Assembly: GCA_012295275.1 (NCBI GenBank)
Contig: CM022668.1
Coordinates: 14,818,001 to 14,882,000 of the forward strand
Length of the DNA: 64,000 nucleotides
Direction: 5' to 3'
From: Chrysomallon squamiferum
Taxonomy: Eukaryota; Animalia; Mollusca
The notes below the pieces were generated by a model. That model saw nothing but the letters and a program-made list of their open reading frames with translations, did no database searches and was not told the DNA's origin. The position numbers and the translations under genes are program-made. The number at the start of each line of letters is the position of its first letter. Position 1 is the stretch's first letter. This document shows, piece after piece, positions 43,835 through 57,687 of the stretch.

Positions 43835-44476
43835 TGCACTTATTCATTGATTGCACCAGCAATTTATACTCGACTGCAGGTTCATTTACTAAAGGTGATT
43901 TCAAAAACTCGTGTTATCTTTTCAAACGCAGAGCAAGTTTGTATATTCTCGATATATATGCCTTCTTTTCTTTCCTTTCTTTCTTTTTTCTCTCTTTTTT
44001 TTTTTTTTTCCATTACGAGCAATAAAATAAGAAATTTGAAAACACAATTGCACACTCCTTGGGCCTTTTTCGCTCGTTTTAATACATACAGCACTCAAAA
44101 TTGGTCTGCATATTTCGCTAAATGACACGATAGATAAAAACAGATAGGTGACGAATTTGTCTAGCGAATGTGTTAAATTGAGTATGAAAACTGATTTCAG
44201 AGATAATTGCAGTTGATATCGTTCCCCAGATGAAAAAAAAAAAACGACAAAGAAACTCGCCGTGTTGGAGTCAGACAAGTCTACCCATTTGTACGACTTC
44301 TCTTTGTACAGTGTGTGCGAAAATACCAGAACAATTTGTCATTATACAGACATATATATCTACATTATACATATACATATACGTATATAGATACACGTTT
44401 TTCACTTCGCTCGAAACGCGTCAATACCCAAATATGTATGCGGGTAATTGTATTTTATTATAATAAATTATTGTTG

Positions 44477-44531
<55 letters not shown>

Positions 44532-44756
44532 CAATCTTGTTTATGGGGTGTGGTGGGTTGTGTATGTATGTATGTGTTCCTTTATTTCAGTATCCAAAAA
44601 GAAGAAAAAAAAAGTGATTTCATTCATATACCTGCATACTGTACTAAAAGAACTAAAATAAATAAGCATAAAATAAATAAAAATAAAAAGAGTAAGATGT
44701 TGATATAGGTCGTTACGTCCTTTTCGATATGTGACAATATGTCTGTGTGTATGTGT

Positions 44757-44795
<39 letters not shown>

Positions 44796-44841
44796 TTTGT
44801 GTGTGTGTGGGTACAGTATATATGTATTTGTGTCGATTATT

Positions 44842-44884
<43 letters not shown>

Positions 44885-45409
44885 AAATTACAGATTAAAC
44901 TATAGCAATAAATTAAAATATTCGACTTATCAAATCAAAAAGGAAAATAAGAGAAGAAAAATATTTGAAAGAAACCTCAAGCAAATAACCGAAAATAATA
45001 ATAATAATAATAATAATGAAAATAAATAAATTAAAAGAAAAGCAAGAACCTCCACCGAAAAAATAAATACTACTACTACTACTACTAATATAATTAAAAC
45101 AGGGAATGACCAAACTGTTATAAAAGTGTAAAAGAAGAACGAAATGAAAAAACATAAAAATAATAAAGGTAAAAATATAAAAATATAAATAAAAATAAAA
45201 AAAAAAAAATAAAATAAAATAAAATAAAATAAAATAAAATAAAATAAAATAAAAAATAACATTTCTCAAAGTTAATCAAACTGTCATTTCTTTTTCAGCG
45301 TGTTAAAAATGTATGTTCTTCTTATTTCACCTCTGATCCTTGATAAATTACTTTTATTTTATTATTTATTACTTATCTTTCAGTTACTTAGCTATTTATT
45401 TTTTCATAT

Positions 45410-45990
45410 AATTTTATTTAACAGTTTTTACAACTAATTTTATTTAATAGTTTTTTAAACATATTTTGTTTAATAGTTTTTAAAACTAATTTTATTTAAC
45501 AGTTTTTAAAACTAATTTTATTTTAATTGTTTTTAAAACTAATTTTATTTAATTGTTTTTAAAACTAATTTCATTTAACAATTTTTAAAACTAATTTCAT
45601 TTAACAGTTTTTAAAACTAATTTTAATTTAATAGTTTTTAAAACATTTAACAGTTTATAAAACTAATTTTAATTTAACAGTTTTTAAAACTAATTTTATT
45701 TAACAGTTTTTAAAACTAATTTTAGTTAACAATTTTTAAAACTAATTTCATTTAACAATTTTTAAAACTAATTTTATTTAACAGTTTTTAAAACTCATTT
45801 TATTTTAATAGTTTTTAACACTCATTTTATTTTAAAAGTTTTTAAAACTAATTTTATTTTACAGTTTTTAACAATAATTTTATTTGTTTTTAAAACTAAT
45901 TTCATTTTAATTTATTTTAAAACTAATTTCATTTAACAATTTTTAAAACTAATTTCATTTAACAGTTTTTAAAACTAATTTTATTTTCAG
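45410..45990. repeat. About 26-bp AT-rich minisatellite (about 22 copies) abutting Wnt1 exon 3
   Basis: Unit AACAGTTTTTAAAACTAATTTTATTT (e.g. AACAG at 45676 and 45702). The last unit ends in the acceptor TTTTCAG at 45990. Confidence 0.93.
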
Positions 45991-46259
45991 GCTGTCGAGA
46001 AACTGCTTTCATTTACGCCATAACAAGCGCCGCGGTTTCGCACGCGGTGGCGCGTGCATGTGCGGAAGGAAGTGTGCACACGTGCACGTGCGATTATGCG
46101 CACAGCCGAGTTCCGAGTGGAAAAGACTGGGAGTGGAACGGCTGCAGCGACAACGCCAAATTTGGACACAAGTTTTCTCGAAGGTTCGTGGATGGAATCG
46201 AGAAAGGACGAGATTTTCGTTACATGATGAATTTGCACAACAACGAAGCCGGGAGAGTG
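45991..46259 (+). CDS. Wnt1: Wnt1 exon 3
   Basis: Acceptor ttttcag|, donor |gtgagt. Encodes (G)[35 protein letters not shown]...[52 protein letters not shown] and [16 protein letters not shown] are Wnt1 signatures. Confidence 0.98.
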
Positions 46260-47007
46260 GTGAGTGCTGTTTGTTATTGTTGTTATTGTTGTTATTATTA
46301 TTATTGTTATTGTCATTGTTGTTATTATTATTATTATTGTTATTATTATTATTGTTATTATTACTATTGTTATTATTATTGTTATTATTATTATTGTTAT
46401 TGTTATTATTATTATTGTTATTATTATTGTTATTATTATTATTGTTATTATTATTATTATTATTGTTATTATTATTATTATTATTATCGTCATTATTACT
46501 GTTTTGATTATTATTATTATTATTATTATTATCGTGTTTTATTATTATTATTATTATTCATTATTACTATTTTGATTATTATTATTAATATTATTATTAT
46601 TATTATCGTGATTATGATTATGATTATGATCGTCATTATTATTATTATTATTATTATTATTGAGATCATGAGTGTGAAGACTTAGTGATGATAATAATAA
46701 TTATTATGTTTGTTATGAAGATATTTAAATGATTCTTATTACTACTACCACCACCACTGCCACTACTAGTATAAATAACAAAAACAACTGCAACAAAACA
46801 ACAAAAAAAAAAAAAAGAAAAAAAAAAAAATATATTTTTAGTTCTATTTTAGACCATCTATACGATCTCACATTCGTCATTCAAACTTTCCTTTCCCCAG
46901 TTAACATACGAGAGGTCTGCCACTTCGACTTTCCATACCATTTCAGACTCCTAGTTATTTCGTTATTTTAAACTTTCTGGTGTAAAGACATCAGAGGACT
47001 GCCACTT

Positions 47008-47042
<35 letters not shown>

Positions 47043-47877
47043 GCCACTGTCAACATGAGAGGACTGCCACTTTGATTTGCTGCTTTTCATTTCCAACTCG
47101 TAATCACGATCTAAGGCAATGTTATGAAACCATTCAAAGGCAACATGTTTGTTATCTGTTAGCAGTACAAACACCGCTCTCCACATAACTCTTTGGACAG
47201 GGCCACATCTCGTTATGACCAATATATCACCCGGTTATGTGAGCTTTTAATAAGACTGGCGAATGTGCGTACATCAACCTCTGTCATCAAGCGATTATTA
47301 CTCTCAGGCCGATAAAAAGGGCTAAAACAATAGGCGAGAGAAGTAAGTGGACATGTTAGATAAAGGCCAAAAACGGATCAGAAACTCGCTCAACGAGATT
47401 CTTCCTGTCGACCGTCAACACAAGTTTAGAATCCGCGGCGCGTTTTGATTATACCCCGTATTGGTGTTGTAAATTTGTCAAACTTGTGGTCGTAACTCAA
47501 GCCTCTGGTCGACCCAGGGTGAAATTCAATCAATTTGTATGTCTCTGCTACACACAAGCTCGTGGTAATTTTCGTCGAGATATCTGGGTTAAGAATTGGA
47601 CGGTTTTTCTCAATGTCAAAAAAAAAAAAAAAAAAAAAGAAAAAAAAAATGTGACCGTTATTTTAGCAAATACGAAATTCTGATTTTGCACGCGTGTATA
47701 TTTTTGTGTGTTTGCATGTGTGTTTTTGTGTATGTGTATGCATGAACGCATGTATAACTATTTTATACATGCTTGTGTTTATATAATATGTATGTATATA
47801 TCTATGTATATATAGTAGTGTGTGTTTGAGTGTGTGCACGTACATGTTAGGGTACCTATGTATGCACGTATTTATAA

Positions 47878-47924
<47 letters not shown>

Positions 47925-48217
47925 CCAGCAAAGTTTAACTATTACATTCCATCTGTTTCGACTTCCATGATGCAATACAGCAAATATTGCATCATTATAT
48001 TTTTCACTATTAAAAAGTCTTTTTTCTTCAACATCATCATGAACTTTCATTTTTTTTTTTTTTTTTTTTTTTATCTGAACAAATATTTAAATAACCAGCA
48101 ACAGGGATCGTTTGAACTACTTACAAGACAACAAAAAAAAAAAAAAAATTAGATTTAGATGCTTTTTGTCGTTTTGTCGTCACTTACTTCTCCTTTTGAA
48201 AGCGTGACAACAAAAGT

Positions 48218-48253
<36 letters not shown>

Positions 48254-48679
48254 AAAATGTAAAGAAAGAAAAAAAAAGAAAAGAAATGCAGGATATATAA
48301 CAAATAAGGAACACAATGCTCCCTTTCAAGCCTAATTCACGTTAAGTGTCTCTCTGTGTGTTATCAGATGAAAATAAAGAAATTGTCGTTTTTGTCCACT
48401 GGTGTTATAATAAGTGTAGCTTTCACCCACCCATGGTACAAACACACGACCCGTGTTTTCTGTGTCCCGGGGCGCTGTTAGTTGACAGGCCGAGTTTATC
48501 ACTCCTTTACCTGGCGACATGGGAAGCTGTTTGCCTCTTGGCTATGGCGGGAGATGATAGCACGTCGTCACCAGACACGTCGTCGTTGTTGTCGTTGTTG
48601 TTGTGGTGGTGGTGGTGGTAGTGGTAGGGTCAACGTCGCTTAGGTTTTAGAGGATTTAGAGGCGGTTGGGTTTTCCACC

Positions 48680-49070
48680 TCTTGGCCTCTTCACCTTCTC
48701 GTGTTGTGTTGTTTCATGTAAGGCAGGAGATCATACGTATAACCTTATAACAGTGTCACAATTATCTGTCTCTCGTAGATAGCCAGACGTTGTCGCTGTC
48801 GTAAAAGGTCGTTGTCGGGGTGAGGGAGGGGGTAGGGGTGGGTGGGGTCCTCGTTTTACTTCTTCACCTTTTTTTCCCCCGTGTCAGATGACGTTGTGTT
48901 GTGAGGCAAGAACTTAGACGACACGTGCCTAATAGCAGTGTCAACATTATCTGTTTAGTAATAGCCAGACGTTGTCGTAGTTGTCAATCTTCCACCGGTC
49001 AGTTGACGTTGCGTTGTTTCCAGTAAGGCAAGACGGAATATCGCTTAAAATGCACCAGTCACAGTGTCAG
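48680..49070. repeat. Diverged local duplication, period about 180 bp
   Basis: CTTCACCTT...AGGCA-GA...CAGTGTCA..ATTATCTGT...TAGCCAGACGTTGTCG occurs at about 48690-48796 and 48860-48977. There is a partial third AGGCAAGA...CAGTGTCA at about 49026-49069. Confidence 0.7.
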
Positions 49071-50269
49071 AGATGTCTGTTTACGATGATGTTGACGACG
49101 ATGTCAATGATGATGTCAATGATAATGATAAAAAGTGACACCATAACCATTCACAACCATGTGGACAACAATCAGGACCACGACCACAACGACGACGACA
49201 ACAACAACAACAACAACAACAACAAAAATAATAATAATATGATGATGACGATGATGATGATAACAGAAGCAGTCAGTAGTACTGGAGATAACAGTAGTGA
49301 CAGAGATAAAAGAGTAGTCGTGGTGATGGTAGCAGCAGTAGTAGTATTAAAAAAAGGTAGCAGCAGTATTAATGGTGATAGCATCGTTGTAGTCGTTGAA
49401 GCATTAGTAGTAGTAACACTAATATTATTACTACTATTAGTTCTAGTAGCAGCAGTAGAAGTAGTAATACTAGATAGCAGTAGTAATAATAGTAGTGGTA
49501 GTATTAGATAGATGTAGTAATAGTAGTAGTAGTAGTAGCAACAGCAGTAGTAAGAGAAGTAGTGGTCTTATTATTATTATCATTATTAGTATTAGTAGTA
49601 GTAATACTATATAGCAGTAGTAATAATAGTAGTGGTAGTATTAGATAGAAGTAGTAGTAATAGTAGTAGTAGTAGTAGTAGTAGTGGTTGTGACAGTGAC
49701 TGATATCATAACTCATTTATACATAACGTATATTACACTGAACGCAAAATGGTTGCTTGGGAGAGGGGACAAAAAGACAAGTGTGAACGCGTAAACAAAA
49801 CAGTTACGTCAAATGACTTTTAAAATGCCTCCAAGGAAACGAAGGCAAAGGAAAATGTTAACACTCATTACTTCACTTAATTGTTGTTGATGACGTAATT
49901 TATAACGCAATTAATTTGTGACGTGATTTAAACCACCCGGGGCGGTGTATCGGGCTGTTTTATGGACTTGCCAATTGCGATCACACGAATTGTTCGTTAC
50001 TGGATTGGGAATTTAGAGGTCTGAGTGTATCGTATCAGGATGTTAGAGAGACGCGGGCGAAACTAATATGTCTGAGGTGTGAAATTAAAGACGGTGAAGA
50101 CGAAGAAGAAGAAGAAGAAGAAGAACGAAGAAAAGAAGAAGGAAAGGTGAAGCAGGAGAAGAAGAAGAAGAAGAAGAAAAGAAGAGAAAAGAAGATGATG
50201 CTAATGATAAAACTCAGATGAAAGGATAAAATGAAAGAAACAAAAACGAACAAATAAATATTTACTTAC

Positions 50270-51000
50270 TCATATAACCTATATCAAACTTATCCATATT
50301 AGACATACATATAATGCATACCAGACATGTACACAACCCATACTAGACTTATCCACACAACCAAAACTAGGCATATCTATATTATTAATACCAAACATTT
50401 CTAAATAACCAATATCAAACATGCATATAACCCATACCAAACGTATCTACATAACAAACATTTATTAATATATACAACCTATACAAGACATATCCATTTA
50501 TCTCTTCTATTCGATGACATAATTATATGCTCTTAAGAAGTGTTCGTACCCTACTTATCAGTACGAGTCTGTATGATCCCTCAAAAACTGGCCATAACCA
50601 TAATATACATCCAACAGAAGACATCCATACAACCCGTACCAGACTTATCTGTATTCCATGAAATAATGTTTACGCTGTCAAGACTCAATATTCTGTAATA
50701 ACTGCCCATATAACTGTATTCCATGAAAAAATTGTACATTCTCAAGACTCAACATTCTGTAAGACTCAATATTCTGTAATGTTTACTGACTCAATATTCT
50801 GAAATAACTATTCCATATAACTGTATTCCAAAATAATGTTTACGCTGTCAATATTCTGTAATGACTGCACATTTAACTGTTTCCATGAAATGATGCACGC
50901 TGTCAAGACAAAATTTCTGTAATAACTACCCATATAACTGTATTCCATGAAATAATTTTACACTCTCAAGACACAGCATTCTATAATGACTGCATATTTA
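50270..51000. repeat. Degenerate minisatellites upstream of Wnt1 exon 4
   Basis: Short degenerate units such as ACCCATACCAGACTTATCCA (about 50270-50650), then about 60-64 bp units starting CTGTATTCCATGAAATAAT...TCAAGACTCAATATTCTGTAAT (50650, 50714, 50821, 50877, 50938). Confidence 0.8.
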
Positions 51001-51111
51001 ACCTTACCGAATCATATACAGAGTTGCCCTATCATTTCTGACCAGAAATCGAGATTGTCGCGATAATATTGTATATATATTTTTTAATTTTATTTTGTGT
51101 GTGTTTTTCAG

Positions 51112-51262
51112 CACGTGTCGTCCGGGCTGAAACAGGACTGCAAGTGTCACGGGATGTCGGGGAGCTGCACGATCAAAACGTGCTGGATGAAGCTGCAGCC
51201 GTTCAGACACATCGGCGACTTGCTCAAAGACAGGTTCGACGGAGCGACCAAAGTTTTGCCTG
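51112..51262 (+). CDS. Wnt1: Wnt1 exon 4 (palmitoleoylation hairpin)
   Basis: Acceptor ttttcag|, donor |gtaagt. Encodes [50 protein letters not shown]. The Porcupine-acylated Ser codon TCG is at 51157-51159. Confidence 0.98.
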
Positions 51263-52584
51263 GTAAGTTTCTCTCTCTCTCTCTTTTTTTTTTGTTTGAA
51301 TATACAGTTCTTAACCGTGTTAGATGATGTTGATGATGATGATGATGATGATGATGGTGATGGTGATGATGATGATGATGAATTATAATGTTGGGTGGAA
51401 ATGGTAATGATGATAGTGTTTATGATGATAAATACAATAGTGGGTGGTAATAATGGTGATGATGATGATAATGATTATGATGATGATAAATATGATAGTA
51501 ATGGTGATGATAAAGATAATGATTATGATGATGATATATATGATGATAATGATCATTGTGATGGTAATGATAGTAATAATAATTATTATAATAGTTTTAG
51601 TTATTATTACTGGTGTTATTACTAAAGTGCTCTATTCATACAGCTTTCCATCTATTCATATGCTTACATATATAATATTATATATATATATATAGCTTTC
51701 TGTCTGTCTGTCTGTCTGTCTAAATATCTATCTGTATGTCTGTATCTCTCTCTGACTGTAAATCTATCTACCTATCTCTATATTTCTGTCTGTCTGTCTG
51801 TATGATCTGTCTATGTATCTGTCTCTCTGTCTGTTAGCCTACCTCAGTATGAGACATCTGTTATGTGTGTTATTATGTATATGTCTATCTATCCATTCAT
51901 GTTTCCATCCATCCATCCATCAGTCAATTAATCCGTCTGTCTGCCTGTCTGTCTTTCTGTTTTCTCTCCACTGAAACGACCACAGCGTAATATATATTTT
52001 TTTCTTTCTGATTTATAATTGACAATGTTTTTTCTCAAAAAAATATATTTCCATCATTATACAAGAGTATGTATTCGTGGAGTTTGCATTCGAGTCTCGT
52101 TGCCATTAGCAACCACAATGTTTTTTGTTATGAGCAGTTTACTTCTTTTGTTGCTAGGTAACAACGGCAAGATCCTCGTTGAAGGTCAGTATGACTATAT
52201 AGTCAAGGGCGATAACCCATTCTCATTTCCTGTAGCAAACGCCTGAAACTGCTTTGCCAATATATCCTTGATACCTAGCTTCTTTTTGTTTATTTGTTTA
52301 TTTATTTATTTTTTATTTTGTATGTTTGGTTTTATAAATCTTTAGTAATAAATTTTCTGCGCTTGAAATAAAACCTTTCCATCGTAATGTAGTTAGCTAT
52401 CCCTTACTTGTGAACCCCGAGAATTTAATATGTAATATTAATTGTTTACGTAAATAAAACAAGGTATATCGGCTTAATTAATCGAATAGTAAATAATTTA
52501 CGATATCAAATTAATAATTCAAATAAATATATAATATGTAAATATATATATATATGTATGTATGTATGTATGTATGCATGTATG

Positions 52585-52617
<33 letters not shown>

Positions 52618-52705
52618 TTATCTTAAAAAGTAAATGAAAAATATAATAAATAAATAAATAAAACAGAATAGTTTTAATTGATTTTGTTGAAAACATGTAA
52701 ATATC

Positions 52706-52741
<36 letters not shown>

Positions 52742-52842
52742 TAGTAACAATAATAACAATAATATTAGTAATAATAATAATAATAATAATAATAATGGTA
52801 ATAATAGTTATAATAATTGTAATAAAACTGATGATGATGATG

Positions 52843-52909
<67 letters not shown>

Positions 52910-53614
52910 TAATAACAATTATTAACGATGATTTATGGAGGAAATAAAGTGCTTTGTGTCTAGTTTTTACTTTTTATTTATTTATTTTTCTATAACGTTT
53001 TAAAACGAAGTCTGAAGGGACTTAGAGTTTAGTTTTTGTCTTTGATGTCAGCTTGTTTTACTTTATAATGTAAACTGTCCACGATGCATGCTCTTGATTC
53101 CTCTGTTAACTCCACTAACAACGTCATCAGCATAGTCAGCAACGACATCGCCTCTACCTTCTCTACATAGCTGTTGTTACGCTAGTGTTTGTTTATTTTT
53201 TTCATTTCATTTTTTATTTAAATATGTATGTGTGTTTGTGTACGGATATATGTATGTGAATGTGTATATGTGTGTATGTATGTCCTGTCTTTATATATAT
53301 ATATATTTATATATATATATATAAATGCATGACTGTACGTATCTGTTTATGTGTGTGTGTGTGTATATGCATGTTTTTAGATGTGACTTTGCGTGAGAAA
53401 GTATGTTTCAAGTATAAGAATGTGTAATTATATATAAAAGTATTTGAACTTTTGCTGTTATGGGCTCCCGTTGTACATATATGTGTGGTTACGTGTGTTT
53501 GATAAAATAATAATAATAATGATGATGATAATAATAATAATAATATAATAATATAATAATAAATAATAATAATAATATTAATATTAATAACAATAATAAT
53601 AATAATAATAATAA

Positions 53615-53664
<50 letters not shown>

Positions 53665-54744
53665 TAATACTACTACTACTACTAATACTACTACTAATAA
53701 TAAGAAATATAAATATAAACATACAGATTTATGTATACGTTAGTATTAGAATATATATATATATATCTATCTAATAGGTTTCGGTGCATATATATATATA
53801 AAAGAAATTAACAAAAAATATTTAATCTTATCATTTCTTGTAGCTTTAACTTGTCTCTCGGCTTTTTAACACTGTATACTTTTGTTTAATATTTACTTAT
53901 TATTATAAATAATAATTATTATTATAAATAATAATTATTATTATTGTTGTTGTGGCTTTAATCTGGTATCAGAAGTCGTAGACCGAAGGATCAATACTGT
54001 TTGGGGACCCGAATTCAATATTTTTTATTTATTCAGGATCAATCAGTGACATTGTTTTTCTGTTGCAATATATAAATATGTAAAATATTAATTGATGGGA
54101 AAAAACGTGTTTTTTATATGCTTTATTGTCATGTAAAAAGAAAGAAGAAAAAATATATAAATAAATAAATTAAAAACTAAACATTTAAAAAAATAGTGAT
54201 AATAATAAATAAAATAAAATAATTAATAATAATAATAAAAAAGCAGCAACGAAGAATTAAATAATGTAATTAATGAATGACGTGAAAGAAAATTAAATAA
54301 GTTAATACATAATGATAGTGATAATTAATAACACTGACAGAAACAAAAATCACAATAACATAATCAACTTCAATAACAATCGCAACAATAATGATAATAA
54401 AAACATCATGAACAACAACAACAACAAAATAATATCAACGAAATCACCATCATCGCTAACAACATCAACGATAACGATAACAACATGAAATAATAATAAT
54501 AGTAATAGTAATAGTAATAGTAATAATAATAATAATAACAACAACAGCAACAACAATAATACTTATAATCATAATGATGATACTGCTGATTATTATGATG
54601 ATTATTAAATCCAAAGAAGTTTAAAAAGTGTATATATAAAAATACTAAAAACTAATAAAATAAATAATAATAAAAATAATAACAACGGAAATAAATATAG
54701 TAGTAATAAAAATAATGATAATGAACTAACAGCCGTAAAAATGA

Positions 54745-54791
<47 letters not shown>

Positions 54792-54812
54792 ACTAAAGCG
54801 GTAATAATCAAA

Positions 54813-54868
<56 letters not shown>

Positions 54869-54931
54869 ATAATAATAATAATAATAATAATTAACTAACA
54901 GCGGTAATACTGAAATAATGATAATGATAAA

Positions 54932-54978
<47 letters not shown>

Positions 54979-55453
54979 TAATAATAATAAGAATAATAAT
55001 AAGAATAATACAAAATAGTAAACAAATATATAAATATATATAGAATCAAGACCAACACTCTAATTTCTGAGCTATTCCAGTCACAGTACGAACAAACGCA
55101 GGGTACATAGGGGTTTTGTACCTCTTAGACCCCTGCTTCAAGATCTGCTGCTGATTTGGTACATTCGCTATTACCAGCGCACTAATTTATGATTCCCTGC
55201 TACAGACTGATTATGTTAATGCTATGTTAATTTATGCATGGCGGACAAAGGACGTAAAGGTCTAAGGTCGAGGAGAGGAAACGTTTTGCATTATTATTAC
55301 GTCTTCACGTTAGTTTACGGGCCATCCGCGCATTCTCGGCAAATTGATTATGTTAATGATATGTCGATTTATTACTTCCGGTCATTACCATTTAGCTCAT
55401 TATGTTAATTGTATGCCAGGCTGTCTTTTCCAGTCTGTGATGGATTGTGTCAT

Positions 55454-55500
<47 letters not shown>

Positions 55501-55606
55501 CGGTGTTCAATTAGAGAAAGTCGTTAAAGAGGAAAATTCTTTAGAAGAAAAAAAAAAAAAAAAAAAAAAATAGAGGAGGCATGGAATTGTTTGTTTATTT
55601 GTTTGT

Positions 55607-55678
<72 letters not shown>

Positions 55679-55890
55679 ACTTTTAATTTTTCACAATATT
55701 ATCGTGTTTAATATTTTTACGAATTTACTGTGCTGTGTGCATATATGTCTATATAGTAGAGACATAAAGTAAATGAGTAAAGAAAGAATATATATATATA
55801 TATATATATATAAAATGAAAAATAATAATGATAAAAAAAAAATTTCCATTGATCATTATGATAATTTTATGCTAATTTATGCTTTTTCAG

Positions 55891-56228
55891 GAAATGCTGG
55901 GCGGGGCAGAGGTAAACGTAAGAGGCGGTTCAATTTCCAGCCGTCCAATCCAAAACACAAAAAGCCTGGAAGGAGGGACATCGTGTATTTCGAGAACTCC
56001 CCGTCGTTCTGCGAGAAGGACTCCAGCATCGGATTCGAGGGCACCCACGGGCGCATCTGCAACGCCAGTTCCATAGGCATCGATGGGTGTGACCTAATGT
56101 GTTGTGGGCGTGGCTTCCGGTCGGAGAAGTACGTGGTGCAGGAACGATGCAGCTGCACGTTTCACTGGTGTTGTCAGGTGAAGTGCAAGACGTGCACCAG
56201 GACAAAGATGAAGCATACCTGTTTGTAG
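55891..56228 (+). CDS. Wnt1: Wnt1 exon 5 (C-terminal cysteine-rich domain, stop)
   Basis: Acceptor ttttcag|. Encodes (G)NAGRGRGKRKRRFNFQPSNPKHKKPGRRDIVYFENSPSFCE...GTHGRICNASSIGIDGCDLMCCGRG...ERCSCTFHWCCQVKCKTCTRTKMKHTCL*. The five exons total 1125 nt, giving 374 aa plus stop. Confidence 0.98.
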
Positions 56229-56852
56229 TCTCGTCACGTGACGACCTGTGACGTCATTTTACCTATCGAAAATAGACGCCTCTGCAGCCGGAATTCACAA
56301 ACAGTGTTTTTCATTGGCTGTTTTTTTTTTTTTTTTTTTATTTTTTGCTGTTCAAATACGAGACAACTATAGAAACACGGATGACGTAGATTTAATAACA
56401 TATGACGTCATATTGTGGACGGATTCGACGAAAAGATGCATACGAAATATCGCATTATTAAAACAATTAAAAAAGTTGATGGATTCTATAGTTATTGTGG
56501 ATTTTCAACATTCACCATAGAGACCAATTCAAACTTGAATATAATGACGTAAGTGTTGACGTCACAGCAGACATTTAAACATGAGTTATTTATAAACTAT
56601 AGTCCCCACTTATTTGTTTGGCTGTCTCTACAGGAAAGATATTGTAAAAACAGAGAAGGTTTCAACGGTAATATACATATATTTTTAAAATATGAATATT
56701 TTATTTTTTCTTCCCACGGTCATTGGCCACCTTTTGATGACGTAATCTTCTTTTACAAGCTGATGACGTTGTTAAGCAGATCAAATCGAACATTTATAAA
56801 TAATATTCATTTATTTTAATTTCGGTTCTGAATCTTTCTTTTATTTCGTTCA

Positions 56853-56898
<46 letters not shown>

Positions 56899-57651
56899 TT
56901 TTTAATATTATTTTTATAATTATCATCATCTTCATCATCATCATCGTCATCACCATATCACTATCACTATAATTAAAGTATTTATTTATTTATTTATTTA
57001 TTTATTTATTTTATTTTTATTTATTTTATTTTATTTTATTTTATTTTATTGCTTATAATAATGTTTTTCTGTTTGAGTATAACATTTTTACACCTTATTT
57101 TTTAAAAAGTTATATGTATATAAAGATTTTTTGGATTTGCATTCATCGAATTTTTTGTTACCTTGACAATCATCAACTGAGAAATTTGTACAAAATTACA
57201 AATGTGTACAGACTAACTCTATATAAATTATTTGTCAATTTCCTATTGAAATATCTATAAAATGTATATAAGTAGCATTGCACTTTATTTTGAAACTTTA
57301 TGTTTATTAAAGATTCAGCACCAGTTTAGGCTGCAGGATGTTTCAGATTTCTTTAATTTAAGCCTTAATTCATTTATCTGAACTAACTGTAAAATTTAAA
57401 TACATAAAATGTGCGTTTGTGCCTTATATTTATGTTTGCATATCATACCTTTAAAATTGATTTGAGAAATATTAGTTTTTTGTCTAGAATTTAATAATAA
57501 TAATAATGATATATTTATTTATTTATATACATATCTATTCGTTATTATTATTATTATAATTATTATTGCTTTTGTAATTATTTAATTATTTATTTTTATT
57601 GTTATTATTATTATTATTATTATTAATATTATTGCTTTTGTAATTTTGTAA

Positions 57652-57687
<36 letters not shown>

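Noticed and set aside
55773-55890. In-frame ATG upstream of Wnt1 exon 5 suggesting a C-terminal-only isoform
   Set aside because: The extension is (TA)n and poly-A intron sequence with no signal peptide or promoter evidence, so an open frame by chance is more likely.
55877-56205. Antisense and alternative-frame ORFs over Wnt exons (also 37155-37346, 45987-46493, 4943-5131)
   Set aside because: Shadow ORFs expected from GC-rich coding exons, with no independent support.
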